Source: an uncultured Verrucomicrobiae bacterium
GTDB lineage: Bacteria > Verrucomicrobiota > Verrucomicrobiia > Chthoniobacterales > Chthoniobacteraceae
NCBI GenBank assembly: GCA_963769025.1
Contig: CAVYKI010000006.1
Span: 544,001 to 608,000, forward strand
DNA length: 64,000 bases
Direction of reading: 5' to 3'
The translations under genes were made by a program, and so were the position numbers. A model generated the notes under the pieces. The model was not told where the DNA came from. It saw only the letters and a list, made by a program, of their open reading frames with translations, and did not search any database. Positions within the stretch are counted from its first letter, which is position 1, and each line of letters opens with the position of its first letter. Positions 41,913-52,352 of the stretch are shown in pieces.

Positions 41913-42686
41913 TCAGTCGCGGAGGCCTGGGATCCGGGCGTAGCCGATGAAAGTGGTGCGCTGTTCATTCGCGATCGGCGAACGGGGCATCGTGAAGTCG
42001 AACACGCTGACGCCATTCCGTTTTGCGCCGTGATAGGTGCGTCCGTCGCTTGATCCGATCATCACCTTCGCGCCGGTGGATTTTTCCGTGCCCAGGTAAA
42101 TCATCGTGTGGGTCACCGGCGGATCATGGTCGGTCGCGTAGGTGCCGATCCAAAACAGGAGGTCACCCGGGAGAAGTTCGTCCATCTCGGCGCTGTCAGG
42201 CTTGCGGCTGATGACCGCGCGGAAACCGCGCGCCTTGCGCACCCACATATAGAGGCCGCTGGAATCGCGTGGCACTTGGGTCAGTCCATGCTGGCGGAGG
42301 ACATAGTGGACGAAGCCCGAGCAATCGAATCCGCCGTTCGCAGGATCCGCGGAGCCGAAAACGTACGGAAGGTTTTGCCGGGCGAGATCGAGGCTGGACT
42401 CGATGAGCTTCCGAACACCCGCAGGCTGCGCGCGGAATTCCAAAAGTTCTTCAGGCGCTATGGCGACGTTGGGCTCGGTTGGTCGTTTCGCCGAAGGCGC
42501 GGTTTCCAGTTTCGGGTCCACCGTTTTGCGTTCCGCGGGCGGGGTGGTCGGTTGCGGCTTGTTTTTGGGCTTCACAGCCTCGACGGCAGCCGGCTTTTTC
42601 CTGGCCTGCGTTTTGCCAGCGGCAGATGAGACGGCCAGTGCGAGCAACATCGCGACTACGGAAACAAATGGACGTTTCGGGCTCAT
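41913..42686 (-). CDS. NlpC/P60 (C40) family peptidase, exported
   Basis: PYVFG...GFDCSGFVHYV, PGDLLFW and THTMIYLG. Confidence 0.88.
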   Translation of the reverse strand: MSPKRPFVSVVAMLLALAVSSAAGKTQARKKPAAVEAVKPKNKPQPTTPPAERKTVDPKLETAPSAKRPTEPNVAIAPEELLEFRAQPAGVRKLIESSLDLARQNLPYVFGSADPANGGFDCSGFVHYVLRQHGLTQVPRDSSGLYMWVRKARGFRAVISRKPDSAEMDELLPGDLLFWIGTYATDHDPPVTHTMIYLGTEKSTGAKVMIGSSDGRTYHGAKRNGVSVFDFTMPRSPIANEQRTTFIGYARIPGLRD

Positions 42687-43057
42687 GATGACCGCGTCCT
42701 GCGCGAGGTGCATAACATCGCCACCTTTACGGGACGCTCGCTGACGCAGCGTCGCCGAACTGTCGTTCTGTTGCTTGGAAAGGCTTCTGCTCCGTTCTGC
42801 CGCGCCTCCTCAGTGCATTTTGGGTGCGGAACAGACGGGCGGATGTTTTTCACGACACTGAATCGTGACTCGCCTTCTGCACGGCTGGATTTTTTCGCCG
42901 CCCATCCAGTGCATCGGTGCGTCCGCGCTCGCGGGGATTTGACGAAACCTTGCGTCAAGTCCGAAACCGACGGCGCGCTGAACCGCCGGGGAGCACGGAG
43001 ATGTGCCGCCGCTGCCGTCGCGTCGGCTTTTCGGAGCGGGAAACTACGGACGGCGCT

Positions 43058-43747
43058 TCATTTTTGCAGGCCCCGGGGCGGGCCGAGCAATTCTGCGGCG
43101 AGAATTGCCGAGCGGATGTCCGTGGGGTTTGTAAGCGTACGGCGGAGCGATGCGACGAGGGGGTTGCCCTCGCGCTCAAGAACGCTGGTGGTTCCTGCGT
43201 TTTGGGGCTCGCGTGGCGCGGGTCCTTCGCCGTGGTGAACCGCCGGCACGGCCACGCGGGCATTCATCGCCCGGAACTCCCCGGAAATCCGCTCGATGGC
43301 GGAGGCCGGTTCCTCCAGACGGCCCGCCTCGGCAAATTCCTCGGGATACTGGATGACGGGTCGCTTCGCGGGGAGATCGACCCGGGTCACGGGCTTCGCC
43401 ACAGGCTTCGGGGTCTGCATCCGCCGTTCGCGTGGCTGCGGGACCGGGCGCGGACGCGGAGGCTGAACGGGCTGCGGCCGGGGTGTCTGGGGCTTGGGCT
43501 GCGGTGGCGGAGGCTGCTGCTGGCCTTGGGGGACGCCGAGCGCTTCGAGGAAACGGCGGAGGCGTTCCTGTTCCTCGGATCCGCGTGCCGCGTCGGGAGT
43601 GGCGGAGTCGGTCGGCTCGGGAGGCGGCTCCGGAGTAGCTGACTTGGATTCCTTCTTCTTCTTCTCCAGCCACCAATTGATCACCCCCGCCGCGGCGGCG
43701 ACGATCAGGAAGATCAGATTCCCTTCGATGGCTGCGAGCATGATCAT
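43058..43747 (-). CDS. Pro-rich membrane-anchored hypothetical protein downstream of floA (YqfB-like position)
   Basis: N-terminal TM; C-terminal [21 protein letters not shown] overlap with the floA stop. Confidence 0.7.
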   Translation of the reverse strand: MIMLAAIEGNLIFLIVAAAAGVINWWLEKKKKESKSATPEPPPEPTDSATPDAARGSEEQERLRRFLEALGVPQGQQQPPPPQPKPQTPRPQPVQPPRPRPVPQPRERRMQTPKPVAKPVTRVDLPAKRPVIQYPEEFAEAGRLEEPASAIERISGEFRAMNARVAVPAVHHGEGPAPREPQNAGTTSVLEREGNPLVASLRRTLTNPTDIRSAILAAELLGPPRGLQK

Positions 43748-44799
43748 TTTCCGCCCTCGGGTCCGCGCGGCGTGCCTGCGATGGTCTCACGCATCGAGGT
43801 GTCGGCCTGCACGTTTTTCATCTTCATGTAGTCCATGATGCCCATGTTCCCGCTGCGGAACGCATCCGCCATCGCAAGCGGGATCTGCGCCTCGGCCTCG
43901 ACGACCTTGGCGCGCATTTCCTGCGTGCGCGCGTGCATCTCCTGCTCGGTGGCGACGGCCTGTGCGCGCTGTGCCTCGGCGCGGGCCTGTGCGGTGCGCT
44001 TGTCGGCCTCGGCCTGCTCGGCCTGCAGTTTCGCGCCCACGTTTTCGCCCACGTCCACGTCGGCGATGTCGATGGAGAGGATTTCAAACTGCGTGCCGCT
44101 GTCGAGGCCCTTGGCGAGCACGGTCTTGGAAATGCGGTCGGGGTTTTCGAGCACGTCCTTGTAGGTGGAGGATGAGCCGATGCTGGTGACGATGCCCTCG
44201 CCGACGCGCGCGATGATGGTCTCCTCGGTCGCGCCTCCGACGAAGCGGTCGAGGTTCGTGCGCACGGTCACGCGGGCCTTCACCTTCACGCCGATGCCGT
44301 CTTTCGCGACGGCGTCGATCGTCGTGCGCCCCGCAGCGGGATTCGGGCAGTCGATGACCTTCGGGTTGATGCTCGTGCGGACGGCTTCGAGCACGGTCTT
44401 GCCGGTGCCCTTGGTCGCGAGGTCGATGGCGCAGGCGCGGTTCCAGTCGAGCGTGATGCCGGCCTTGTGCGCGGCGATTAGCGAGAGGATGCAGTTGGTC
44501 ACGTCGCCGCCCGAAAGGTAGTGCGCCTCGATGGGATCCGTTTCGAGGTTTAGGCCGGCCTTGGTCGCCGTGATGCGCGCATCCACGATCTGCGCGACCG
44601 GAACGCCGCGGAGGCGCATGGCGATCATCGTGATCATGCTCACCGGTGCATCGGCGACCTTGGCGCGAATCCAGATGCCGAGGAAATTGAAGAGGATCAG
44701 CGCCACGCCGAGGATGACGACGATGATGATGCCGATGGTGATCGGGTGGGTGAGGAGGCTGCCTGCCTGCGCGAGGATGGGATTGAGCGGGATGTTCAT
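43744..44799 (-). CDS. floA: Flotillin-like protein FloA (UPF0365/YqfA)
   Basis: [44 protein letters not shown] and [10 protein letters not shown]. Confidence 0.92.
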   Translation of the reverse strand: MNIPLNPILAQAGSLLTHPITIGIIIVVILGVALILFNFLGIWIRAKVADAPVSMITMIAMRLRGVPVAQIVDARITATKAGLNLETDPIEAHYLSGGDVTNCILSLIAAHKAGITLDWNRACAIDLATKGTGKTVLEAVRTSINPKVIDCPNPAAGRTTIDAVAKDGIGVKVKARVTVRTNLDRFVGGATEETIIARVGEGIVTSIGSSSTYKDVLENPDRISKTVLAKGLDSGTQFEILSIDIADVDVGENVGAKLQAEQAEADKRTAQARAEAQRAQAVATEQEMHARTQEMRAKVVEAEAQIPLAMADAFRSGNMGIMDYMKMKNVQADTSMRETIAGTPRGPEGGK

Positions 44800-45033
44800 A
44801 AAATAGTTTTTATTGTAAGAGGGTGTGATGCGTTTCAGCTGAAAGAACAGGCTGCACTTTGCAGATTCAGCCATGCATTGCGCATGGCGATGGCATAAAA
44901 AGCCCGGGGGCCAAAGTCAATTCGCCGGGGAATGTGCGGTCCGCGCTGGAAGTCGATGGGCGAGAAGCCCCCGCAACGAATCGGAAACTCGCGGGTGTTT
45001 TCCATTTTTGGGAAAAGAGTGCAAAGGCATCGC

Positions 45034-45062
45034 TTGACGCATCGGGGTTCCCTCCCTATCGT
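45034..45062 (+). promoter_or_regulatory. Putative sigma-70 promoter of the nusA operon
   Basis: TTGACG - 17 nt - TATCGT. Confidence 0.55.
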
Positions 45063-45092
45063 TCGCCAGTAACAAAGCAGAGCCGGACACCG

Positions 45093-45122
45093 AAAGTGGG
45101 TTCACAGCCCACTTTTTTTGTT
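45093..45122 (+). promoter_or_regulatory. Leader hairpin / attenuator resembling the rimP-nusA leader
   Basis: AAAGTGGG-TTCACAG-CCCACTTTTTTT in the 5' UTR of nusA. Confidence 0.65.
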
Positions 45123-45148
45123 CCCGGCATGACATTTTTAGCCAAGCC

Positions 45149-46402
45149 ATGAACGCCGAATTTATCGCGATGATCGAGTACCTCGAGAAGGAGAAGGGCA
45201 TCAAAAGGGATGTCCTGATCGAGGCTGTACAGAGTGCCCTTTTGAGCGCTGCAAAGAAGTCAGTCGAGGCTGGCCGGGATCTCGAAGTCGTGATGGATCC
45301 GAAGAGCGGCGAAATTCGCGCCCGCGCGCACCTCATCGTGGTGGACAAGGTGAACAACAAGCACGATGAGATCGCGCTGAACAAGGCGAAGGTCGCCAAG
45401 CCCGACGTGAAGATCGGTGAGGAAGTGTGGGTGGATGTGACGCCGAGGGATCTCGGGCGCATCGGTGCGCAGACGGCGCGGCAGGCCATCATGCAGCGCA
45501 TCCGGCAGGCGGAGAAGCAGATGATTTATGATGAGTTCCGCGACCGCGCGGGGGAGATCGTGTCGGGCATCGTGCGGCGTTTCGAACGGCAGGACGTGAT
45601 GATCGATCTCGGGAAATTCGAGGCCGTGATGCCGAACCGCGAGCGCGTGCAGACGGAGGATTACGCCATCGGTGATCGCGTCCGTGCATATGTCGTGGCG
45701 GTGGAGAATACCGCGCGCGGACCGGAGATCGTGCTCTCGCGCAGCCACCCGAATTTCGTCCGGCGCCTTTTTGAAACCGAAGTCGCGGAGATTGCGGACC
45801 GCACGGTGGAGATCAAGGCCATCGCCCGCGAGGCCGGCTACCGCACGAAGGTCGCCGTTTTCAGCGCGAACGAGAAGGTGGACCCGGTCGGTGCCTGCGT
45901 TGGCATGAAGGGTGCCCGCGTGAAGAACATCGTCCGCGAACTGAACAACGAGAAGGTGGACATCATCCGCTGGTCGTCCGACGTGAGGGAACTTGTGATG
46001 GAGGCGCTCAAGCCTGCGCGGCTCAAGCACGTCACGCTCAACGAGGCGAAGAAGACCGTCGAAGTCCGCGTGGACAACGATCAGCTTTCGCTCGCCATCG
46101 GCAAACGTGGCCAGAATGCGCGTCTGACCGCGCGGCTCACCGGGTGGGAAATCAACATCGAGGAGGACACCTCCGCGAAGGAGGCGTTCAACGCCAGTCT
46201 CTCCGGTGCCGCGAAGCAACTCATCGACTCCCTCGGCATCACCGAGGAGGTCGCGCAGAAGCTCGTCGCCGTCGGCATGAATGCAGTCGAAGTCATCGCG
46301 GATGTCTCGGCGCAGGATGTCGTGGACGCGACCGGGCTTGACCTCGCGATTGCCGAGGAAATTGTAAACAAGGCCAAGAGCGCCGCTGTGGCTTCACAAT
46401 AG
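45149..46402 (+). CDS. nusA: Transcription termination/antitermination factor NusA
   Basis: LGRIGAQTARQ, AREAGYRTK, DPVGACVG and LAIGKRGQNARL. Confidence 0.97.
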   Translation: MNAEFIAMIEYLEKEKGIKRDVLIEAVQSALLSAAKKSVEAGRDLEVVMDPKSGEIRARAHLIVVDKVNNKHDEIALNKAKVAKPDVKIGEEVWVDVTPRDLGRIGAQTARQAIMQRIRQAEKQMIYDEFRDRAGEIVSGIVRRFERQDVMIDLGKFEAVMPNRERVQTEDYAIGDRVRAYVVAVENTARGPEIVLSRSHPNFVRRLFETEVAEIADRTVEIKAIAREAGYRTKVAVFSANEKVDPVGACVGMKGARVKNIVRELNNEKVDIIRWSSDVRELVMEALKPARLKHVTLNEAKKTVEVRVDNDQLSLAIGKRGQNARLTARLTGWEINIEEDTSAKEAFNASLSGAAKQLIDSLGITEEVAQKLVAVGMNAVEVIADVSAQDVVDATGLDLAIAEEIVNKAKSAAVASQ

Positions 46403-46438
46403 GTGAAGCCATGAATACCCAGGAAAACATTTCGATTC

Positions 46439-48676
46439 ATGCCCACGAAGAGCAAGTCCACCGGATCCGCCGCAGGCGACAAGCCAGTCAAGTCGCTTCT
46501 CAAACCCATCACGGGTAGGAAGCCTGCTGCGCCTGCCGAGGCGGAGGATAAGAAAACGGCAGCGGCAAAAAAAGCGGCCGGGGAAAAGGCCGACAAACCA
46601 GTCTCAAAGCGGGGGCCCAAGGCGGGCGAGGAACCGGTGCCGGAGAAACCGAAGGAGGTTCTCTCCTTGATCGACCAGGCTGAAAAGCCCGCGCCGCGCA
46701 CCCGCAAGCCGTCCTCGCTCACCAATCCGGTCCTGCCGAGCATCTCGAAGCTCAAGGATGCGGAAACCGCGGAGACCGCGGCTGCAGCCGAGCCCGTCGC
46801 GCCCGGCGCGCCAGCTTCCGCAGCTCCCTCTGAATCGGCCGCCGCCGAGGTATCGCCGACCGGGGAAAAGCTCATCCATCTCAAGCCACCGTTCACCGTG
46901 AAGGACCTCGCGGCAGCCATCAACTTGAAGCCGTTCGTGCTCATCAAGAACCTGATGGACATCGGGGTGTTCGCGAACCAGAACCAGAACCTCGAGGCGG
47001 ACGTGGCGTCCAAGATTTGCGAACTGCACGGCTTCAAGTTCGAGAAGGAGCGCCGGGAAAAGGGCGGCGGCGTCCACAAGCAGGAGCAGAAAATCGAGCC
47101 GCCCCCGGCGCCGAAGCCGGAGGAAGTCGCGGAGGATGACGAGCCCGAGGTTCTCAAGGTCCGTCCGCCGGTGGTCACTTTCATGGGCCACGTCGATCAC
47201 GGCAAGACGACGCTGATGGACACCATCCGGCGCACGCGCGTCGCTGCTGGCGAGGCCGGTGGTATCACGCAGCACATCGGCGCCTACGCCGTGAAGCACA
47301 AGGACAAGGCTGGCGTGGAGCACTCGATCACTTTTCTCGACACGCCGGGCCATGCGGCCTTCACCGCCATGCGCTCCCGCGGCGCGACGGTGACGGACAT
47401 CGTCATCCTCGTCGTGGATGCCAGCGACGGCATCATGCCGCAGACGCTCGAGGCGATCAGTCATGCACGTGCCGCCAAGGTGAAAATCATGGTGGCCATC
47501 ACGAAAATCGATCTGCCAGGAGCGAACATCGATCGCGTGAAGGGCCAGCTTCAGGAGAAGGGCCTCGTGCCCGAGGACTGGGGCGGCGATGTGATCGTGT
47601 GCCCGGTGTCCGCGCTGAAAGGGCAGGGGATGGACCACTTGCTGGAGATGATTTTGCTCGAGGCGGAAATCCTCGACCTGAAGGCGAACGCGAAGGTTCC
47701 CGCCCGCGCGTCCGTCATCGAGGCGCAGGTCGAGCAGGGCCGCGGCCCGACCGCCACGGTCATCGTCAAGATGGGCACACTCAGGATTGGGCAGCCGTTC
47801 ATCTGCGGCGACTACTCGGGCAAGGTGAAGGGCCTCGTCAGCGAGACCGGCGCGAACATGAAGGAAGCCGGGCCTGCGACTCCGGCGAAAGTCATCGGCT
47901 TCTCCGGGATGCCGAATGCCGGCGACGAACTGATCGTGATGGACAGCGAGCGCGACACGCAGCGCCTGAGCCAGGAGCGGCTCGACAGCAAGCGCCTCGG
48001 CAAGCTCACCGCGCCACGCCGCGCCACGCTGGAGAACATTTTCGAGACCATCAAGCAGGGTCAGAAGCCCGTGCTGAATCTCATCCTGAAGGGCGACGTC
48101 CAGGGCTCCCTCGAGGCGCTCTCCACCGCCCTCAACCAGATCGACAGCAAGAAGGTGGACTTGAACATCGTCCACTCCGCCGTCGGTCCCATCTCCGAGA
48201 ACGACGTATTGCTCGCAGCGGCGAGCAGCGCCGTTGTCGTCGGGTTCAACGTGAAGACCGAGAACAATGCCGCGAACGCCGCGAGGAGCGAAGGCATCCA
48301 GATCAAGCTCTTCTCCATCATCTACGAACTGATCGATCAGGCGAAGGAAGCCATGGCCGGACTGCTCGAACCGGAGAACCGCGAACAGGTCATCGGCCAC
48401 GCGCAGGTGAAGCAGGTCTTCGAACTCACCAAGGGCATCGTCGCCGGCTGCTACGTCAGCGACGGCCGCATCCAGCGCACGGGCCGCGCCCGCGTGCTGC
48501 GGAACCGCCAGCCGATTTACGACGGCGGCATCGCCACGCTGAAGCGCTTCCAGGACGACGTGAAGGAAGTGCGCAGCGGTGTCGAATGCGGCATCAAGCT
48601 CGGCGACTACACCGAGTACGAAGTCGGCGACATCATCGAGTGCTACCTGCTCGAAAAAGTTCCGCAGACGCTCTGA
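46439..48676 (+). CDS. infB: Translation initiation factor IF-2
   Basis: [30 protein letters not shown] and GDVQGS. Confidence 0.98.
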   Translation: MPTKSKSTGSAAGDKPVKSLLKPITGRKPAAPAEAEDKKTAAAKKAAGEKADKPVSKRGPKAGEEPVPEKPKEVLSLIDQAEKPAPRTRKPSSLTNPVLPSISKLKDAETAETAAAAEPVAPGAPASAAPSESAAAEVSPTGEKLIHLKPPFTVKDLAAAINLKPFVLIKNLMDIGVFANQNQNLEADVASKICELHGFKFEKERREKGGGVHKQEQKIEPPPAPKPEEVAEDDEPEVLKVRPPVVTFMGHVDHGKTTLMDTIRRTRVAAGEAGGITQHIGAYAVKHKDKAGVEHSITFLDTPGHAAFTAMRSRGATVTDIVILVVDASDGIMPQTLEAISHARAAKVKIMVAITKIDLPGANIDRVKGQLQEKGLVPEDWGGDVIVCPVSALKGQGMDHLLEMILLEAEILDLKANAKVPARASVIEAQVEQGRGPTATVIVKMGTLRIGQPFICGDYSGKVKGLVSETGANMKEAGPATPAKVIGFSGMPNAGDELIVMDSERDTQRLSQERLDSKRLGKLTAPRRATLENIFETIKQGQKPVLNLILKGDVQGSLEALSTALNQIDSKKVDLNIVHSAVGPISENDVLLAAASSAVVVGFNVKTENNAANAARSEGIQIKLFSIIYELIDQAKEAMAGLLEPENREQVIGHAQVKQVFELTKGIVAGCYVSDGRIQRTGRARVLRNRQPIYDGGIATLKRFQDDVKEVRSGVECGIKLGDYTEYEVGDIIECYLLEKVPQTL

Positions 48677-48680
48677 AGCT

Positions 48681-48754
48681 GTTGAGAGTCGAAAGTTGAG
48701 GGTTGAGAGGCGCACTGCCTTTTCCCTCTCAACCGTCAACTCTCAACCCTCAAC
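48681..48754. repeat. Heptamer-built inverted repeat, (GTTGAGR)x4 ... (YCTCAAC)x4
   Basis: Four 7-nt units on each arm around a 14-nt loop, between infB and rbfA. Confidence 0.8.
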
Positions 48755-48759
48755 TCCGC

Positions 48760-49137
48760 ATGAAGAACCGTCTCGATCGAGTCAACGAATCCATCAAGCG
48801 CGAGCTTGGCGGGCTCATCCGCCGCGAGTTCACCTTTCAGGCGAAACTCGTGACCGTGCAGGAAGTGGACATCTCGCCGGACCTGAAGACCGCGCATGTT
48901 TACATCGGCGTCCTCGGCACGCCCGAGGAGCAGCACGCCGCGCTGGCGCAGCTCCACGAGGCGCGCCCGCGGCTCCAGCGCGATCTCAGCCGCCGCGTCA
49001 TCATGAAGTTCACGCCGCATCTGCACTTCAAACTCGATCAGGCCGGAGAGCGCGGCGATCGCATCCTGCAGATCATCGAGGAACTCCACCTCCCGCCCGA
49101 GTCCGCCACGCCACCCACTGAAGACGATGCCCGCTGA
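48760..49137 (+). CDS. rbfA: 30S ribosome-binding factor A
   Basis: RLDRVNESIKREL, DISPDLKTAHVY and FTPHLHFKLD; position after infB. Confidence 0.95.
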   Translation: MKNRLDRVNESIKRELGGLIRREFTFQAKLVTVQEVDISPDLKTAHVYIGVLGTPEEQHAALAQLHEARPRLQRDLSRRVIMKFTPHLHFKLDQAGERGDRILQIIEELHLPPESATPPTEDDAR

Positions 49138-50107
49138 TTCCACGCTCGAGGAAATCGCCGACGTCATCCGCGCGAACCAGCGCTTCGTCGTCATCTCCCA
49201 CATCCGCCCGGACGGCGACGCCCTCGGCTGCACGCTGGCGATGGGGCTCTGCCTGCGGCAGCTCGGCAAGGACGTGCAAATGTGGAACGACGACGGTTGC
49301 ATCGAGCGCTTCCACTTTCTGCCGGGCTCGAAATTCGTGCAGCAGCCGCCCGGCGAGCCGCAGGAGTTCGACGTCGCCATCATGCTCGACACCGCGGTGA
49401 AGGATCGCGGCGGACGCAGCATGCGCGCGGTGAAGAAGGCCGGTGCGTGGATCAACATCGATCACCACGTCTCGAATCCGCGCTACGGCGACCTGAACTT
49501 CATCGACGCCACGTCGCCGGCCACGGGCCAGATCCTGTTCGAGCTGTTCCGCACGGGAGAAATGCCCATCACCTACGAGATGGCCGACAATCTTTACGTC
49601 GCGATCAGCACCGATACCGGCAGCTTTCAGTATCCCAACACCACGGCGCGCACGTACGAGATCGGCGCGGAGCTTGTCCGCATCGGCGTGAAGGTCGGCG
49701 CACTTTCCCAGCAGCTCTACGAGAGCCATCCGCGGCGTCGCATCGAGCTGCTGAAGGCGATGCTCAACGTCATGCGCTTTTCGAGCGAGGGACGCGTCGC
49801 GAGCTTCGCGCTCTCGCTCGCCACTGCGCGCGAGGTCGGCTCGAACCCCGACGACACCGAGGGGCTCATCGATCACATCCGCTCGATCGAGGGCGTCATC
49901 GTCGCGGCGTTCTTCGAGGAATTGGAGGACGGGCTGGTCCGCGTGTCGTTGCGGTCGAAGGATCCGCGCGCCGATGTCTGCCAGATCGCCGTGGCATTTG
50001 GCGGCGGCGGACACACGCTCGCGGCCGGGCTGCGCATGCGCGGCACGCTCGCCGAGGTGCAGGAAAAATTACTCCAGGCCATTCATGACAAACTCCCGCG
50101 AAATTGA
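49127..50107 (+). CDS. nrnA: DHH/DHHA1 phosphoesterase (NrnA-like)
   Basis: HIRPDGDALG, NIDHH, TDTGSF and GGGGHTLAAG. Confidence 0.88.
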   Translation: MPADSTLEEIADVIRANQRFVVISHIRPDGDALGCTLAMGLCLRQLGKDVQMWNDDGCIERFHFLPGSKFVQQPPGEPQEFDVAIMLDTAVKDRGGRSMRAVKKAGAWINIDHHVSNPRYGDLNFIDATSPATGQILFELFRTGEMPITYEMADNLYVAISTDTGSFQYPNTTARTYEIGAELVRIGVKVGALSQQLYESHPRRRIELLKAMLNVMRFSSEGRVASFALSLATAREVGSNPDDTEGLIDHIRSIEGVIVAAFFEELEDGLVRVSLRSKDPRADVCQIAVAFGGGGHTLAAGLRMRGTLAEVQEKLLQAIHDKLPRN

Positions 50108-50808
50108 CGGTGTGCTGCTGGTGGACAAAGCCGGCGGGATGACTTCCCACGACATCGTCGCCATTGCCCGCCGCACGCTCGGCACGAAAAAGATCGGCCA
50201 TTGCGGCACGCTCGATCCGCTCGCCACCGGCCTGCTCATCCTCACGCTCGGGCGCGGGACGAAAATCCAGGACCTGCTCATGGCCGAGGACAAGGAATAC
50301 GTCGGCACGCTGAAGCTCGGCGAGAACACCGACAGCCAGGATGCCGACGGCCAGATCACCGAGACGCGCCCGGTGCCGGAGCTTTCCCGCGAGCAGATCG
50401 ATGCCGCGTTCGCGAAGTTCAAGGGCGACTTTTACCAGATGCCGCCGATGGTCTCCGCGATCAAAAAGGACGGCGTGCCGCTCTACAAACTCGCGCGCCA
50501 GGGCAAGACCGTCGAACGCGAGCCGCGCTTCGTCCACGTCTATGCGCAGGAGCTGCTCGATGTGCGCCTGCCCGGAGATCGACTTCCGCGTCGTGTGCAG
50601 CAAGGGCTTCTACGTCCGCACCTACGCCTTCGACATCGGCCAGGACCTCGGCTGCGGCGCGCATCTGAAAGCGCTCCGCCGCACCAAGAGCGGCAAGTTT
50701 TCCGTGGACAACTCCGTCTCCGCCGACGTGCTCAAGAACGGCCCGCTGGATGCGGTGCTCGCGAAGGTGATGACGCTCCCGCAGGTCTCCATCCTCCGCG
50801 GGGCATAA
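50085..50808 (+). CDS. truB: tRNA pseudouridine(55) synthase (frameshift near 50573)
   Basis: [12 protein letters not shown] and [17 protein letters not shown] in the shifted frame. Confidence 0.93.
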
Positions 50809-50823
50809 CGCCCGGCGCGCCGC

Positions 50824-51755
50824 GTGACCGTGAACGTCCTCCGCTCGATTCCCGATCTCGCGACGGTGCGCGGGCCGGTCGTCCTCGCGGCGGGCGTCTT
50901 CGACGGCTTCCACCTCGGCCATCGCGCCGTCATCGAGCGCGCCATCGCCGATGCCACCGCGGCGGGCGGCACCCCCGTCGTGCTCACCTTCGATCCGCAT
51001 CCCGCGACCATCCTCCGCCCGGGGAATGCGCCGCCGCTGCTCACCTCCACGCGGCACAAGGTGCGGCTCATCGGCGAGGCCGGCGTGCGGCACATGCTCG
51101 TGCTGCCATTCACGCCCGACTTCGCAGCCAAGGCGCCGGAGGCCTTCATCGCGGAACTCGCCGCAGCCTGTTCGCCGCTGCGCGAGATCTGTGTCGGCGA
51201 GGACTGGGCATTTGGAAAGGAACGCGCGGGGAATCTCGCGCTGCTCGCATCGCTCGGCGCGAGCCTCGGCTTCACCGCCACCGGCATCCCGGCGGTGACG
51301 GTCGATGGCCGCGCCGTCAGCAGCACCGTCATCCGCGCCGCCGTGGAGAGCGGCGCGCTCGACGTCGCCGCGCGGTTGCTCGGCCGCGACTTCAGCGTGT
51401 TCGGCACCGTCATCGAGGGACGCAAGCTCGGCCGCACGCTCGGCTTTCCCACCGCGAACGTCCGCCCCGAGAGCGAGCAGCTCCCGCCGAACGGCGTCTA
51501 TGCCGTCCGCGTCGCGCTTGACGGGAGCCGGCGCGAGGGCATCGCGAATGTCGGCGTGCGCCCCACGGTCGCCGGGGAAAATGCACAACGCCTCGTGGAG
51601 GTGCACCTCTTCGACTTCGCCGGCGAACTCTACGGCCGCGACCTCGACGTCTCCTTCCTCCGCTTCATCCGCCCCGAACAAAAGTTCCCGGCCTCGAAGC
51701 CCTGCGCGCCCAGATCGCCAGCGACGTCGCTGCCGTGCGGGGCGACCGCGGGTGA
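50824..51755 (+). CDS. ribF: Bifunctional riboflavin kinase / FAD synthetase (frameshift near 51690)
   Basis: FDGFHLGH, TFDPHP, VSSTVIR, GFPTAN and EVHLFDF; tail LEALRAQIASD in the shifted frame. Confidence 0.93.
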
Positions 51756-51859
51756 GGAAGCGGCGTACATTTCAGGTTGACGATCATTCGATCCGGAGTC
51801 TTCCTCCCCGCGCGATGAATGTGGCCCCCCTAATGATGCCTTCTGCTGCGGTCGGACGC

Positions 51860-51914
51860 GAGCGTCGGAGCGTCGGAGCGTCGGAGCGTCGGAGCGTCGG
51901 AGCGTCGGAGCGTC
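51860..51914. repeat. 8-bp tandem repeat (GAGCGTCG) x about 7
   Basis: Six perfect copies plus a 7/8 copy. Confidence 0.9.
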
Positions 51915-51988
51915 TAGTACAGGCGGGGTCTGGCGTTTCGGCAAATGCGAGGCTGAAAACTTTGCCCGGTCGGCGTGTGCGGGCGCAT

Positions 51989-52324
51989 CCGTGCAAGGTG
52001 CAGGGGGCGGGTGCCAGTGTGGCAGGCGGCTTTTGCACGGTGCAAATGAAGGGTGCCAGTGGCAGTCGGGCCATGCAGCCATGCACAGTGATGTCTGCCT
52101 GCCTGTCCGCGGTTTCGTGCAGGCTGCACGGGGCGCGGCGGAGTGTCCCACGGGGTGCGTTCGCGGTGCATGGGGCAGGCCGGAGTCTGGCAAGGGCTTC
52201 GAGCATGATGCACGGGGCGGCTGCCACACGCCGGGCCGGTTCGTGCGCGGTGCAAATGCGGACTGCCAGCGTGGCAGACGGCCCGTGCACGGTGCAGGAG
52301 GCGTGTGCCAGCAGGGAAACCGGC
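51989..52324. repeat. Degenerate tandem array of 8 x 42-nt units containing phased inverted repeats
   Basis: Units start at 51989, 52031, 52073, 52115, 52157, 52199, 52241 and 52283. TGCA sits at unit positions 11-14 in 7 of 8 units. Confidence 0.85.
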
Positions 52325-52352
52325 TCATTTTCAGCCCTTTACACATCCGAGC

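Noticed and set aside
15349..43000. tRNA-Leu-anchored integrative island
   Set aside because: The accessory block lies on the 5' side of the tRNA. I see no integrase and no duplicated tRNA 3' end.
42715..43057. Possible small ORF or RNA between the NlpC/P60 gene and the floA operon
   Set aside because: Only short imperfect hairpins and no convincing coding signal.
46604..48739. Long antisense ORFs (also 10705-12720, 19287-21146, 39535-41490 and the 5' part of 56336-58912)
   Set aside because: Shadow frames opposite well-supported genes in high-GC DNA, with no recognisable motifs.
51989..52324. CRISPR array interpretation of the 42-nt repeats
   Set aside because: Units are degenerate along their whole length with no invariant repeat and unique spacer, and no cas genes are in the window.
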